DNA from: Spirogloea muscicola
Taxonomy: Eukaryota
DNA: 52,843 nucleotides
Direction of reading: 5' to 3'
Assembly (NCBI GenBank): GCA_009602725.1
Contig: WELB01000022.1
Span: forward strand, 157,708-210,550
Position numbers and translations under genes: made by a program. Positions 25,149 to 37,500 of the stretch are shown here, in pieces (position 1 is the first letter of the stretch; every line of letters begins with the position of its first letter). A model generated the notes under the pieces. That model was not told the DNA's origin, ran no database searches, and was given only the letters and a program-made list of their open reading frames with translations.

Positions 25149-28100
25149 CTAGTCGTCGAACGTTGTCCTCTTGCCTGTACAAAGTATACAGCAAACACGA
25201 AGGCAGGAAGTCAGCTTTACTTCACCAAATACCATGATAGATCACAGCGAGGAAAGTAATTTTTACTGAGCAAGAACAAGAGCTCAGAGCTCAGACACCA
25301 GTACCGAATGTTAGTGATTAATCCAGCTCCTTCCTGGTGATGCATGAGACTAAAGCAATTGCACCATGCATGTGCAAAGTTGCAATGACTAACGACAATG
25401 ACAATGACTAGAAGACAATGACTAGACAATGACTAGAAGACAGTTACTAAAAGACAGCCACAACTGGGATACTGTGCTGCTAGTCCTCCCAGTATACGTC
25501 AACAGCGTAGCGTTCAAAAGAGTGATCTGCTTTTGTACCTGTCCCCGAGGCAGCAAGATTGACCTTGGCACGAGAGCCACCTCCCCGGCCGCCGCCACGG
25601 CTCCCCCCCCGGCCTCCGCGGTCGCCGCCCCTGCCTCCACGAAACCCACCCCTGCCTGCAAGCAACATCCCTGAGGTAAGCGCACATTTTGCAAGCACAA
25701 GGATGATTGAGGGCACTGGAAACCGCACCTGCTAGTACAGGGGTTTTGCTACCTAGCTTGCTTAAACAGCCAAAAACCAGACAGTAAGGTCAATAGTCAC
25801 GATTACACGAGCTCGTTGGCAATCTGTTCCGACTGGATCAAACTCATGCTATTCAGTCAGTGGAGGTGAGACTGCATTTACCTCCACGGTCGAATCCGCC
25901 TCCTCCTCCACGTCCACCGCCCCTTCCTCCCCCTCTACCTCCCCCTCTTCCACCAAAGCCGCCACCTCCTCCCCCACCACCACCTCCACCACTCGAATTC
26001 GCGTCTACCACCAAGCTCCTGCCTCCACACTCAATACCGTTGAGATCCCCGGCCTTTGCTAAGCTGTCCTCTGAGTCAAACTCCACGAATGCGAACCTAT
26101 GGCAAGAACAAAACAATGTATATATGAGACGAGCTTGCTGATGGAAGAGCATGAAAATAATCTCATAGGGTCAATCATGAAGTGCACAGTTGCATCCGTG
26201 TCGGACAATGACAACAGACAGATTGGCCCGGGCACAGAGCTCAACAACATGGAGCTGAATTCACCCCTTAATCTGGCCCGTCTCCCTGTCAGTTGGAATG
26301 CGAACGTTCGTCACGTTTCCGCACTCGGCAAATACATCTGTCAACTGTTGCCGAATCTGCAGGCAGGACATGAAGTGGTGCTCCAAGAAGAACATCAATG
26401 TCCTGAAATATGACTAAAAGTGTTGCGAAGCATTGACTGCGTCAAATGATGTGCCACCCGTTTCCTATGTTGAGAGATGCTTGCCCTTTAGCCCCAACCA
26501 CTGCGAAATGTACATGTGCGAGGACTTACAGTGTCTTCATCAGCGTCACGATTGAAGTTCTTAACAAATACACTGGGGCCACGGTCACTCCGGGGTGCGC
26601 TGTAATCGCCGCCACCGCCACCTCCTCTGCAGGAACCAAACAACTCCTTGCAGCTTCAGACTTTTGCTAGCAAATTGAAAGATAGAGACGAGTGTTGAAG
26701 ACTGACACCCCTAAGTAACCAATTGGCATCTCTTGGCTCAGCGTTTCCTGCTTAAGCTTTGTCTATTCCATCGTAAGCTCTTTCAAAAAGGGCGAAGGCT
26801 GTGAAAAGCCAGACCGAAAAGATTGGCAAGGTCCAAAGCAGCCTTGCCTACTGAGCAAGACACATCTAAGGACGACTGAAACAAGCTTGTAATAAATAGC
26901 TGTAGAAAGACAAGAGCAAACCAGCAAGTGGTCCATAGCACCTGCGTGTCTTGTGAACGAGCAATAGCTTTCGGGCCTCAGGACTATGATAAGTCAGAGA
27001 TGACGAGTCAACGTGCTCACCCACGGCCTCCGCTTGGCGGCGTTCTAGCATCATCCCTGCTGCCACGCTCCCTGGCAATGTCGCAGTAGATATCCCGCCC
27101 AAGAAGATTCTGTCCACTTTTGGCTAGTGCCTTCATCAGAGCAAGCAAGAACAAGTGTGAGAGTTGATAGGAGCAGCACTGAAGCAGCCACAGTCCTGGA
27201 AGCATCCAGCATGGTCTTTATGAAAATTACTCAATGCTGCAGCAGAGTACATTGCAGTTCTGTATTTTAGGTAAGTATCAGCTAAGATTGTAATTTAAGG
27301 ACAAGCGTGATCTGGCACCTGAAATGCTACTAAGAAATATGAGCAAGGCCAACCTTCTTCGCGGCTGCAGGAGTGGCAAACTCCACGTGTCCAAAGCCCC
27401 TGGACCGACCATCCTCGCCCATAGCAATCCGCACGTCTGCCACTTCTCCGCAGTCCTTGAAGAACTCGTAGCTGCAAGATTAACAGAAGAAATTCAGAAA
27501 AGTGGTCTGCATAGGTGTCCTGAGCTGCTACTAGAGCTTCAGAAAGACTTGGTAGATCGTCATCCCTAATCAGTGTCACATTTGCAGCATGTGCTGCTAA
27601 TCTTGGACATATCTAAGCTGTAGCGCAAAGTTGGCACTGTCACAGGACGCAAAAGAAGAGCAAATCGCCTCACATGCTATCATTGTCGACCGCCCAGGCC
27701 AGGTTCTTCACAAACAACGTGGAGCCTCCGCCTGTGTCGACCTCCTCCTTTGCATGTGCCTGCTTCTGCACAGCAGGCGACTGCGGCAGCAGCGGACAGG
27801 AGAGCAGCACAGTATCAGCGCTCCCTGAATCTGCTTGTAACATTTGCCATGCCGTAAAGGCTGCGCCTCAGCAGGAGGAGCCTGAGCATCTCATCAAACA
27901 ACCAGGCCATCGCATTCTTAGTCTACAAAGAGCCCGCTAAGTTCGTTCACACCTCCTTCTGCTTCTTAGACGGAGGAGCCTTCGGCTTGGGCTCCTCCTC
28001 CTCTTCATCATCATCCTCCTCATCATCATCGTCCTCCTCGTCCTCATCGTCGTCCTCCTCCTCCTTTGCCGCTGCTGCAACCCCCGGCTTCCCGGCTGCT

Positions 28101-30404
28101 TTGGAGGCAGGCTTGCCCTTTGCAGGTTCTTCCTCCTCAACGTCATCCTCGTCGTCCTCGTCCTCATCCTCGTCATCGTCCTCGTCCTCGTCGTCGTCGT
28201 CGTCATCAGTAGCCTTCTTAGCTGGAGCAGCTTTCGCAGCAGCCTTGCCAGGCGGCTTTCCTGCTGCGTCATCCTCGTCTTCATCATCATCGTCGTCGTC
28301 ATCGTCGTCCTCATCATCGTCCTCATCGTCATCCTCATCATCCTCCACCTTCGCCTGCACCGGCTTGGCAGCCGCCTTTGCTGCGGCTGCCTTCGGCTTC
28401 GCCTCCTCTTCGTCATCCTCATCATCGTCCTCGTCCTCCTCGTCGTCATCATCATCCTCATCATCGTCCTCATCCTCTTCCTCGTCCTTCTTCATAGCAG
28501 CAGACTTTGCTGGAGTCTGACAGGACATTGACTTGTCCACATCAGATTCTCCCCAACAGCCCAGATCCACTTCAGATGATTCAAAGGTAAGTTCTCTCAA
28601 CTCCAGAATGGACATGGCCTAACTGGTCCCCATGAGAGGCTAAAGTGGCCATCAAGAGATGCCTTTCTGACAGAGTCCACTTTCTCACAAGTAAAAGAAA
28701 TAGCTCAAGAGCAAAGCACCAGCATGGTCCAGCCGCCAGCTATGGAGTAGGTCAAGACGGGGTGTGCTACCTTCATCTTCTGGTCCCCATCTTCGTCCTC
28801 ATCATCATCGTCTTCATCCTCATCATCGTCTTCATCATCGTCGTCATCATCCTCCTCCTCATCCTTCGCAGCCACCTTGGTTGCAGGCTTACCAGCCGGC
28901 TGCAAACAAGCACAGCTCACCTAGATGAGCGAGCTGCAAGCTGACACATGGGCTAGAATCAGCTTGTTGACAACCTTCATACCTTACAAGCTGAAGCACT
29001 AATACCAGATACCTGGCTGAGTAGTCTAATAAAAACCAGGTCACTCAGTGCAAGCTGACCTTCACCTCCTCCTCGTCCTCCTCGTCCTCCTCGTCCTCAT
29101 CCTCATCATCGTCATCGTCCTCCTCCTCAACCTTTGCCGGGGGCTTTGATGCTGGCTTGCCAGCCTGCTTAGCTGCTGCAGCGGTCTTGGCCTGCACAGC
29201 AGGTTTTGCTGGGGGAGCTGCCTTGGCTACCTCCTTCCCCTTGGCGGCGCCCTTGGTGGAGCCATTGACCGCTGGCGCCTGCAAAACCTTCCACAAGTGA
29301 TGCCTGTGAAGTGCAGCGATGCAGCTCTGCGAAGGGGCTGCTTGAAGCAAAGCAACGACGAGCGAGGACAGCAACTAATCAAAATCTCAAATTTAACATA
29401 TTAAGTTGATGGAAACATGTCCAAGTTTCATCAAGAAGCACAATATATGGGAAATAAATCAAGGCCAGGTACTACCTTGGCATTTGCAGGCTTGTCCGCC
29501 GCAGTCTTCTTGGCAGGAGTCGTAGGCTTGGTGGGCGGAGGGGTTTTGCTTGATTTGGCAGCTGCGCTCGACTTGCTGGCGTCCCCAGCCTTGGCACCAG
29601 CCTGAGGCGCCTTCGCCGCTGCCGATGCCGGCTTGGCGGCCTCAGCGGACCTGGGCTTCTTGGCCTGCGGGGGAGGCGTGGGGACTGGTTTGGCGGCAGG
29701 CTCAGGCGGTGCGGACTTGGTCTTCTTCGCCGGCGGCTTCGGAGCTGGAGCCTCGGCCTCACGCTTGGCATCTGCACAGGCCGAGCGACACAGTGGGCCA
29801 GCGCCGAGCAAGGCGTCAGTACTGGCACACCTCAAGGTGAAGTAAGACGTGGAAAAAGAGCAGCAAGCTCAGTAAATCCTCGCGTCTGCATGGGAGGGAC
29901 ATGGACACGCCGACAGGGTGCTTGGCGAGGCGAGAGCGTCGTCCATGCACGACGCTGCAACTTCATCATGAGCCTAGAGCTTGGTAGGAGAGTGGGAGGC
30001 CTGCGTGCGGCGAAAGAGGGGCGAGGAGCAGCGGCCTCACCCTTCTTCTTGTCCGCGGCAGCTGGCGCGGCTGCCTGTTGCAGACAGTGTCAGACAGGAT
30101 ACACTAGCTTAGCCTCAGGACGGCACGACAGGCTTGTGAGAGCTCTACAGGACCCGACCAGGATGCGGCTAAAACCCTGGCAGGCCCCAGCAAAGCCAAG
30201 CCTTGCAAAGTGGAGCCGTCAGGGTGCGCCTAGGGGGAAGCATGGCGGCGCAGGTCCGGCCAGACGCGGCGAGCTGGCTCGCTCCGGCGGCCGTGGCGGC
30301 GGCTGGCCGGGCAGGGGCCGCGGGCCAGGGTTCAGCGGCGCGGGCGCGGGGGCGCGCACCTGCGGCTGCGGCTTCTTCTTGGCAACCTTGTCGGCCTTCG
30401 CCAT
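25149..30404 (-). CDS. NCL: Nucleolin-like protein (K/A/P-rich and acidic N-region, two RRMs, GAR domain); multi-exon
   Basis: ATG 30404 (MAKADKVAKKK); alternating poly-D/E and K/A/P blocks. RRM1: TLFVKNLAW..SRGFGHVEF. RRM2: SVFVKNF..IKGFAFVEF. RGG repeats follow. Terminal exon 25149-25174 gives ..ASGTGKRTTFDD-stop, a typical nucleolin C-terminus. Confidence 0.93.
25394..25456. repeat. Degenerate short tandem repeat (GACAATGACTAGAA-like units) in the last nucleolin intron
   Basis: Sequence reads gacaatgacaatgactagaagacaatgactagacaatgactagaagacagttactaaaagaca. Confidence 0.7.
26775..26845 (-). mobile_element. Solo copy of the retrotransposon 3' module inside a nucleolin intron
   Basis: Minus strand reads GGCTGCTTTGGACCTTGCCAATCTTTTCGGTCTGGCTTTTCACAGCCTTCGCCCTTTTTGAAAGAGC, matching the module consensus. 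Confidence 0.65.
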
Positions 30405-30973
30405 GGCGGCGGCGGGCGCACGGAGGCACGCACTCGGCGGCGATGGCGGCGGCGGCGGCGGCGGCGACGGCGGTGGAGGCGGCAACGGCGGCGGCGGCGG
30501 CGGCGGCGGCGGCGCGGTGNNNNNNNNNNNNNNNNNNNNNNNNNNNNNNNNNNNNNNNNNNNNNNNNNNNNNNNNNNNNNNNNNNNNNNNNNNNNNNNNN
30601 NNNNNNNNNNNNNNNNNNNNNNNNNNNNNNNNNNNNNNNNNNNNNNNNNNNNNNNNNNNNNNNNNNNNNNNNNNNNNNNNNNNNNNNNNNNNNNNNNNNN
30701 NNNNNNNNNNNNNNNNNNNNNNNNNNNNNNNNNNNNNNNNNNNNNNNNNNNNNNNNNNNNNNNNNNNNNNNNNNNNNNNNNNNNNNNNNNNNNNNNNNNN
30801 NNNNNNNCCCGCCCCGCGCGCCGCCCCCCCGCGTCGCCGCTGCCGCGTCGCTGCCGCCCGTCGCTGCGGCAGGCCTGCCTGGCGAGTGAGTCCGCCCGGC
30901 GACGCTGTGGCCGTCGTTGTCGCCGTCCGGATCGGGTACATCTGTGAGGTAGCCGGCGAGGCTGCAGGCGGAG

Positions 30974-33759
30974 ATGGATCGCCTGCCCCCCGCGGGAGGG
31001 CGCAGCGGGAAAAGCTTTGATGGCTCGGCCGCCTCCCTGCCTCGCGAGGACGCTGTGGAGGAGGTTCCGACGTCAACCATGTCGGGGATGCGAACCAGAA
31101 GGTCCTTCGAGAAGCAGGACAGCTGGCCCAGGAGCTTGCAGCATTCCATGGACGCCTTCAGCCGGTCTCCCAGCTCCAAGAGGCACGACAATCACGTAAG
31201 CGTAAGCAATGTATATGATTTCCTTTGGATACGTCTTTCCTCTGACAATTCTTGATGGTAGCTTCCAATGGCAGCCAGCTCCTCCCTGTGTAACAAGCGG
31301 AAAGTAGCATGATTGCATGCAGAGGCCTTCACCAACTTCACGGTTACATTGCTTCTGACTGCTTGATGATCGTGTACAGAGCTTTGGCGGCAGAGCACAC
31401 CAGGCAGGCAACGTGCTGGAAACGAACTCAAGCTTTCAGAGACCAGAAGGTGCGTGACGAGTGTGCTGCACCTGGAAGCACGGTGGCTTTGCTCGTGCAT
31501 TTGACTGGAAAGACGCACTTTTGATCGGGAAAACGAGGAGCGCACTGTGTCGACATCATACTAGCTGGCCGACTTTCATTGTCTGGCTGATTGCATCACC
31601 AACCTCATCTCACATCTTCGCGCAACTCAGATCTTTGTCCCTGTCACAGCTTGTTCACGCAGTACACCCACAATGGCAGACGCTGCACAGCCTTTGCTGG
31701 CTACCAAAGAAGAAGAATTTGGATACTCTGACAAGAACGAGGGGAGTGGATTCTTGCAGTCCACAGATGATAAGCTGGAAGCTGTGCACTTGAAGCCTCC
31801 GCAAGGCAGTAGCTTCCTACAGGCAACATTTAATGGCATCAATGTCCTTGCAGGTAAGTCTCCTTGCAGCAGCAGGAGGTCCAGACATTTAGAAAATGAG
31901 AAGACGTCAGACGGTAGTCTCCAGCTTTCCTCTACCGTGGAGTATTACTACAAACAAACGTGGCAAAGATGTCGTTGGCAGCAATTAGTTGACAACCTGA
32001 TGTTACAGTATATAGCAGTACTTGTAGTTCCATGTCTGTCTGTTTCTTCCAGAAAACACACTGACTTTCAAGCCCGCCGGCTATGCAGGTGTTGGCATTC
32101 TGTCCACGCCATATGCTACTGCACAATCAGGCTGGCTGGGGCTCGCTGTGCTCCTCTTTTTCGCAGTAATGTACTGCAGCACAGCCTTGCTTTTACGTGA
32201 CTGTCTTATCAGTGATCCTCGACTTCAAACATACCCAGACATCGGTGAGGCAGCCTTTGGCAAAGTGGGGAGGCTCCTTACCTCCATCTTCCTTTACTCT
32301 GAGTTGTATTGTGGTAAGTGGAGCCATGCTGCATGTAACTTAGCTTCTGTGGACGTTATTCAATCATCCGATCCTTGTCAAGAGCATCGCACAAGCTGCT
32401 TCACCTCTGCCTGGACTGGATAAGGAGTATCTTTCTTGCTTACCGCAGTTCTATGCGTGTTTCAAGGGTGGCAGTTGCTGTGGAATACTTGATCCTTGAA
32501 GGAGACAACCTTTCCCACGTGTTTCCAGACATTAGACTTGACCTTGGATTTGTCCAACTCCCACCACATCAAAGCTTCATTCTTGTCTCCGCGCTTGTCT
32601 TTCTGCCTACGGTCTGGTTACGGTTGGTTCACAGCGGCCTCAAACCTCTGCTCATAGCCTTCAGAATAGTTGCACAGTCCATACAAGATTTGCAACTTAC
32701 TTTCCTTTGAGAAGTGCAAGTAACTGAGATATGATTGGAAGAATAGATGTCCAAAGTGCAGAAGGGGTCAGAACTAGATCGGCCAGCCTGTATGTTGGCT
32801 GTCATCAAAACCAGGCCACGCGGGACAGCTGCACTCTAACCCCGGGATCACGTGCCTCATGACCTTGGCAGGGACCTCAGCCTCCTGGCCTACATCTCTG
32901 CGGCTGGTGTTGGGGCCACAATGCTGGTGGTATTTGCAGTGGGCTGGGTTGGGGCTGTGGATGGCATTGGATTCACGCACAGGGGTTCGCTCTTGTATTG
33001 GACTGGCATGCCCATGGCCATAGGCCTCTTCGGTTTCTGTTTCTCTGGGCATGCTGTCTTTCCAAGCATTTACAGCTCCATGAAGGAGCCACAGCGGTTT
33101 ACACAGGTGCACAGGTGGCACCGCCTGCTGCATGTCTTTTGGCCTGCAAGATGCCTGATTGCTTGTCTCTTGCCACTTCCAGAAACATTGGCAGTCCAGC
33201 ACTACCACTGCTGCAGCAGCTCATATATCTGTTTTTCCTTCAGGTGCTCCTGCTGAGCTTCTTAATCGTGACAGCCCTATATGGCGCCAGTGCGGTCATG
33301 GGCTACATGATGTTTGGTGACAAGCTACACAGTCAGATCACCCTCGACCTTCCGTCCCACCTGGCCGCTTCCAAGCTTGCAATCTGGACGACTATTGTCA
33401 GCCCCTTTGCAAAGTACGGCCTCACCTTGAGCCCCGTGGCCTTGGGCATGGAGGAGCTCCTGCCCCAGTGGCTTGAAGGCAAGCCCTTGTGGCTGTCGGT
33501 CACGCTCATGCGCACCGTGCTGGTGGCCACTACCGTCTTTTGCGCGATCGCCTTCCCGTTCTTTGACTCGGTCATGGCTTTCATTGGCTCGCTGCTCTGC
33601 ATGTGCATCTCGGTCATCTTTCCCTGCTTGTTCTACCTCAGAATATACGAGGGCAGCCTGCACACGAAGGACACAGCCCGCTGCTATTTGTTTATAACCG
33701 TAGGCATCACATCTGCAGTAGTCGGCACAATCTCAGCCCTTCGTGGTGCCCTGGCTTGA
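30974..33759 (+). CDS. AVT1: Amino-acid transporter, AVT1-like (AAAP/Aa_trans family); multi-exon
   Basis: N-terminal WPRSLQHSMDAFS box; SSFLQATFNGINVLAGVGILSTPYA..GWLGL; TYPDIGEAAFG..GR; EYLILEGDNL..FP; LPTVWLRDLSLLAYISA; GFCFSGHAVFPSIYSSM; GYMMFG..SQITLDLP; PFAKYGL. Stop at 33759. Confidence 0.93.
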
Positions 33760-34518
33760 GAGCCATCGTAGGTCACATATTCTTGCTGCAGGTCACCTTT
33801 CTCTTTACCATGTACATGCTCTGCTACATATTAGTCTTCAGTCCTTCTGTGCACGTCCGAATCAAATCAGACACACCGGCCCCAACGATGCTTGGAGCTG
33901 AATGTCAAAAAATATTAGTACCATGCGCATACGACATGGTGGCTCTTCAGTGCACTTGCATCAGCAATTGCAGCAACTGCTCTGTAACATGCCGCCAAGA
34001 AGGTAGCATGGAGCTGCGATAGACTGAGGACCAAAACCACACCCGCATGCGCTTGGACCAGTGGCCCGCATCGCCCCAGCTGGAGGCCCTGTGGTTGCTC
34101 TGCATCATACAAGCAGAGCAAGTTGTGGTCAAATGCTGGACTCGTAGCTGACGGTGGCTAGATACAAATCCAGTCCCCTTCTCACCTGAACGCAGTCGGT
34201 AGCTGCTCAGCCCTTCACCCAGATTATCAGAACGCGTACCTTAAGCAAAGAGCAACAAGGCCAGACCAACGGAGAGAGAGACGTAGGTGGCTGCCTCGCT
34301 CACGGGAGCCGTCTACAGCCGCCGTGAAGGCCCTGGGGCGCCGCTGCCAGCGGGGGAGCTGAAGTAGGGTTAGGGCGTCCGGAGGCCGCCGATGTGAGGG
34401 GCCCCCGGGGGGCCTCGCGCCGCGCGCGGCGGCGGCGGCTGCGGCGGCGGCGNAGGCCGCCGATGTGAGGCCCCCCCCGGGCATCGCGCCGCGCGCCGCG
34501 GCGGCGGCGGCGGCGGCG

Positions 34519-37500
34519 ATGGGGAACCAGCTGGCGCGGACGACGCAGGTGTCACGGTCGGACTACTACCTGCACGAGCTGCCGTCGAGCGTGGTGTACA
34601 AGGAGGCGCTGGCGAGCGCGCGCTTCCTCAAGGCCGTGCTGGCCGTGCACGACGAGGGCCTCGTCGTCGCCAAGGTCTACTTCAAGCGCTCCGGCGAGCC
34701 GCTGGACCTCCGGGTGCGCGCCCCTCCGCCCTGCCTGCCGCGCCTTCTCCAAGGGCTGCGGCACGCGCTATATGATTCGGAATGGAAAGGCAGCGACGCT
34801 CTCTACCCTTCATCAACGTGTTCGCCATGGCAGACAGTTAGAGTTCTGCACAAACCGTACTTGCGCCGCACTCAATCAAGTTTCCACAAAAAGGAGGAGT
34901 ACGTCTTCGTGTATCTACCAGAACACCAAAGAAACCTAATTCCGCCGCTGCCGCCGGCCAGGTGTACGAGCGCCGCCTGGCGGAGATCCGGGACCTGCTG
35001 CTCGGCGTCCCCCAGTCCCACGTCTGGCCCTTCCAGGTGCGCCAGCGGCGCAGCGCGCGGCAGTTTGCCGAGACAGACGGAATGTTGTTATTGAAAGACA
35101 AGGGTGAATCCATTGTGGCGGGTAGCGGGAATCGAACCTGCATCTTCTCCTTGTGATGCTGCACTCGGGCAGTCAGCGCCGAGCTCTGGCTACGATCCAG
35201 GCCTCGTGGGCGACTCCCGGCAGGCACCCTTGCCGCGGAGTGCCTGATGAGGGCCTGCCTGCCGCTGCGCGCAACTTGCGGCAGTGCTGGCTGGAGACCG
35301 ACAAGGCGGCCTACCTCCTCCGCCAGTACTTCCACAGCAACCTGCGCGACCGGCTCAGCACGCGGCCGTTCCTCAGCGCTGTGGAGAAGAAGTGGCTGGC
35401 CTTCCAGCTGCTCATCGCCGTCCAGCAATGCCATGCACGCTCCGTGTGCCACGGTGAGGGTGTCCTTCGAACCTCCATGCTGCTGTTAGTCATGCATGAT
35501 AGCAGCAGAGGAGGGGTTTGGGCTCATCGCCGTCTACGAGGCACACTCTTGCTTTCCAATTTTCTGTCTTCCTTGCCTTGCTTTGTTGGACAGTCACTGC
35601 TGGCGGAACAGTAGAAGGCTGTCCAGTGCGATTGAGGCGGATTCAGAGCAGGCAGACGATTGCATGTGTTTCATCGGGCAGTGCTCTGGTGCTGAAAGAC
35701 ACGTGAATGCTGTCAAGCTTTGCAGGGGACATCAAATGTGAGAATGTGGTGGTGACTTCGTGGAGCTGGGCGTACCTTGCGGACTTTGCCTCCTTCAAGC
35801 CAACGTACCTGCCCCTCGACAACCCGTCTGATTACTCCTTCTTCTTTGACACGGGTGGGCGGAGGCGGTGCTATGTTGCTCCGGAGGTACTGGAACCCTG
35901 ACCTTGATACCTGAAGCCTAAATGCTGGAGCTTGGCAGTATGTCCAGATGCACATTTTTATTGGCTCTTCTTTGACTGTGGTACTCTTATCCGGGAGCTC
36001 TGATTGGGCTTGCTGCTGGGCACCATGGCCTGCAGCGCTTCTATGACCCTGCACTGCAGCCAATCCCGCCAGTGGACGCCCCCCTGGAGCCTGCCATGGA
36101 CATCTTCTCGCTGGGGTGCACATGCCGCAACTAGTTTCATGTCGTGTTCGACAAGCAGTGATTCTTAGCTTGGCTTTGCATTTATTTTTACATTCGCTGC
36201 TCAAATCCCTTGACTCTGACCTAGCAGTTCACTTCATCCAGAAAGCTGTGTCACGAACGCGTGATGTCAAGCAGTAGCTAGACTTGTGCAACAAGCGGTA
36301 CGCATGACTGGGGGCTGGCTGGCGCAGGTGCACAATGGCCGAGCTTTTCCTGGAAGGCCAGGCGCTCTTCAACCTCTCGCAGCTCCTTGCGTATCGAAGC
36401 GGCCAGTACGATCCTCGGAGCGATGTTGAGAAGGTGGGCTACTGTAGCCCTGGTCGTTGGTTGCAGCGCAAGCAATTTTGTGGCTTTCTATGACTAATAT
36501 ATTACATTATGACTCTTATATTACATTCATGGTCTTCAAGCTTCAGAGCCTGGACTCATCCAGTGTCGAATAGAAATATGGGGTGAAAGTCCTGTGGTTC
36601 TGAAATCTGGTCCTAGTATGTGTCATAGACATATAGGAGATGCTCACAGCTTGCTGAGCTGAGTTTCTGTGCCTGTCTATATCTGCTTTGCTGTATTCAG
36701 TGACTAAAGATTGACATACAAATCTGGTAGCCTGGTCTGATCCTGCACTCTCCAAGCTAAAGCCCAACTTCTCAAAGCCTGAAACCCAGCTTCAGCACCT
36801 GCCTGTCACAGATTGAGGACTCTCGCATTCAAAGCCTCATCGTCCACATGATTCAGCTGGACCCAGCTGATCGCCTGACCGCAGCGGCGTACCTTGAGAC
36901 TTGGGCCCCAAAGATCTTCCCGTCCTACTTCCCCTTCCTCCACGACTTCTTCTCCTCTCTCCCCCCCCTCGAGGCACATGCCAGAGTACGCAGTCGAAAC
37001 GCTCACTACCTCCTGTAGCCCTTGGCTTCACTCACCTTGGCAATCAAGTGGAGCTCAATGTATTGGTCTGAGGGTTTGGGTCAAGCGGCAGCCAGCTGAA
37101 TGTCCAGGCATTGCGGAGTTGAGCTACTTATACTGGATGTCGAGAATGTTGAAGTCACCTTCTGAGTTGCACATTGACAGATAGCAGCCACGCAGGAGGC
37201 ATTCCCAAAGATCTGCGCAGTGCTGAGCGGCCAGGACCCTGCTGCTAGCCAGCACCCGGAAGTTGGCATAGATCTGAGCTCCAAACTGCTGGAGAAGCTC
37301 TCTCCCAATGAGCCGGCCTTAAAGCCGGAAGCAGTGGAGGGCCTGGCTGGCAGCTTCCGGCACTTGCTTGCAGAAGCCCAGCGCTCGCCCGTCCGTGGCC
37401 AGACTGAGTCACGACTGGTGCCAAAGCGCACATCCATCGCTGCGAAGGAGCCACAAGTGCGCCGCTCCAAGTGCGTTATAGTCGAGGAGGAGGGAGAGGC

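Noticed and set aside
27815..27896. Second C/D-like motif pair (TGATGA..CTGA..CTGA) in a nucleolin intron, with a 10-nt match to 18S-like GGAGCCTGAG
   Set aside because: Box C lacks the leading purine, the terminal stem is poor, and the complementarity does not cover the +5 position with a Watson-Crick pair.
27987..28520. Poly-Ser ORF on the + strand
   Set aside because: It is the antisense of the nucleolin acidic (GAY/GAR) tracts.
34383..34518. About 70-bp direct duplication upstream of VPS15
   Set aside because: The two copies flank a single N, typical of an unmerged contig overlap.
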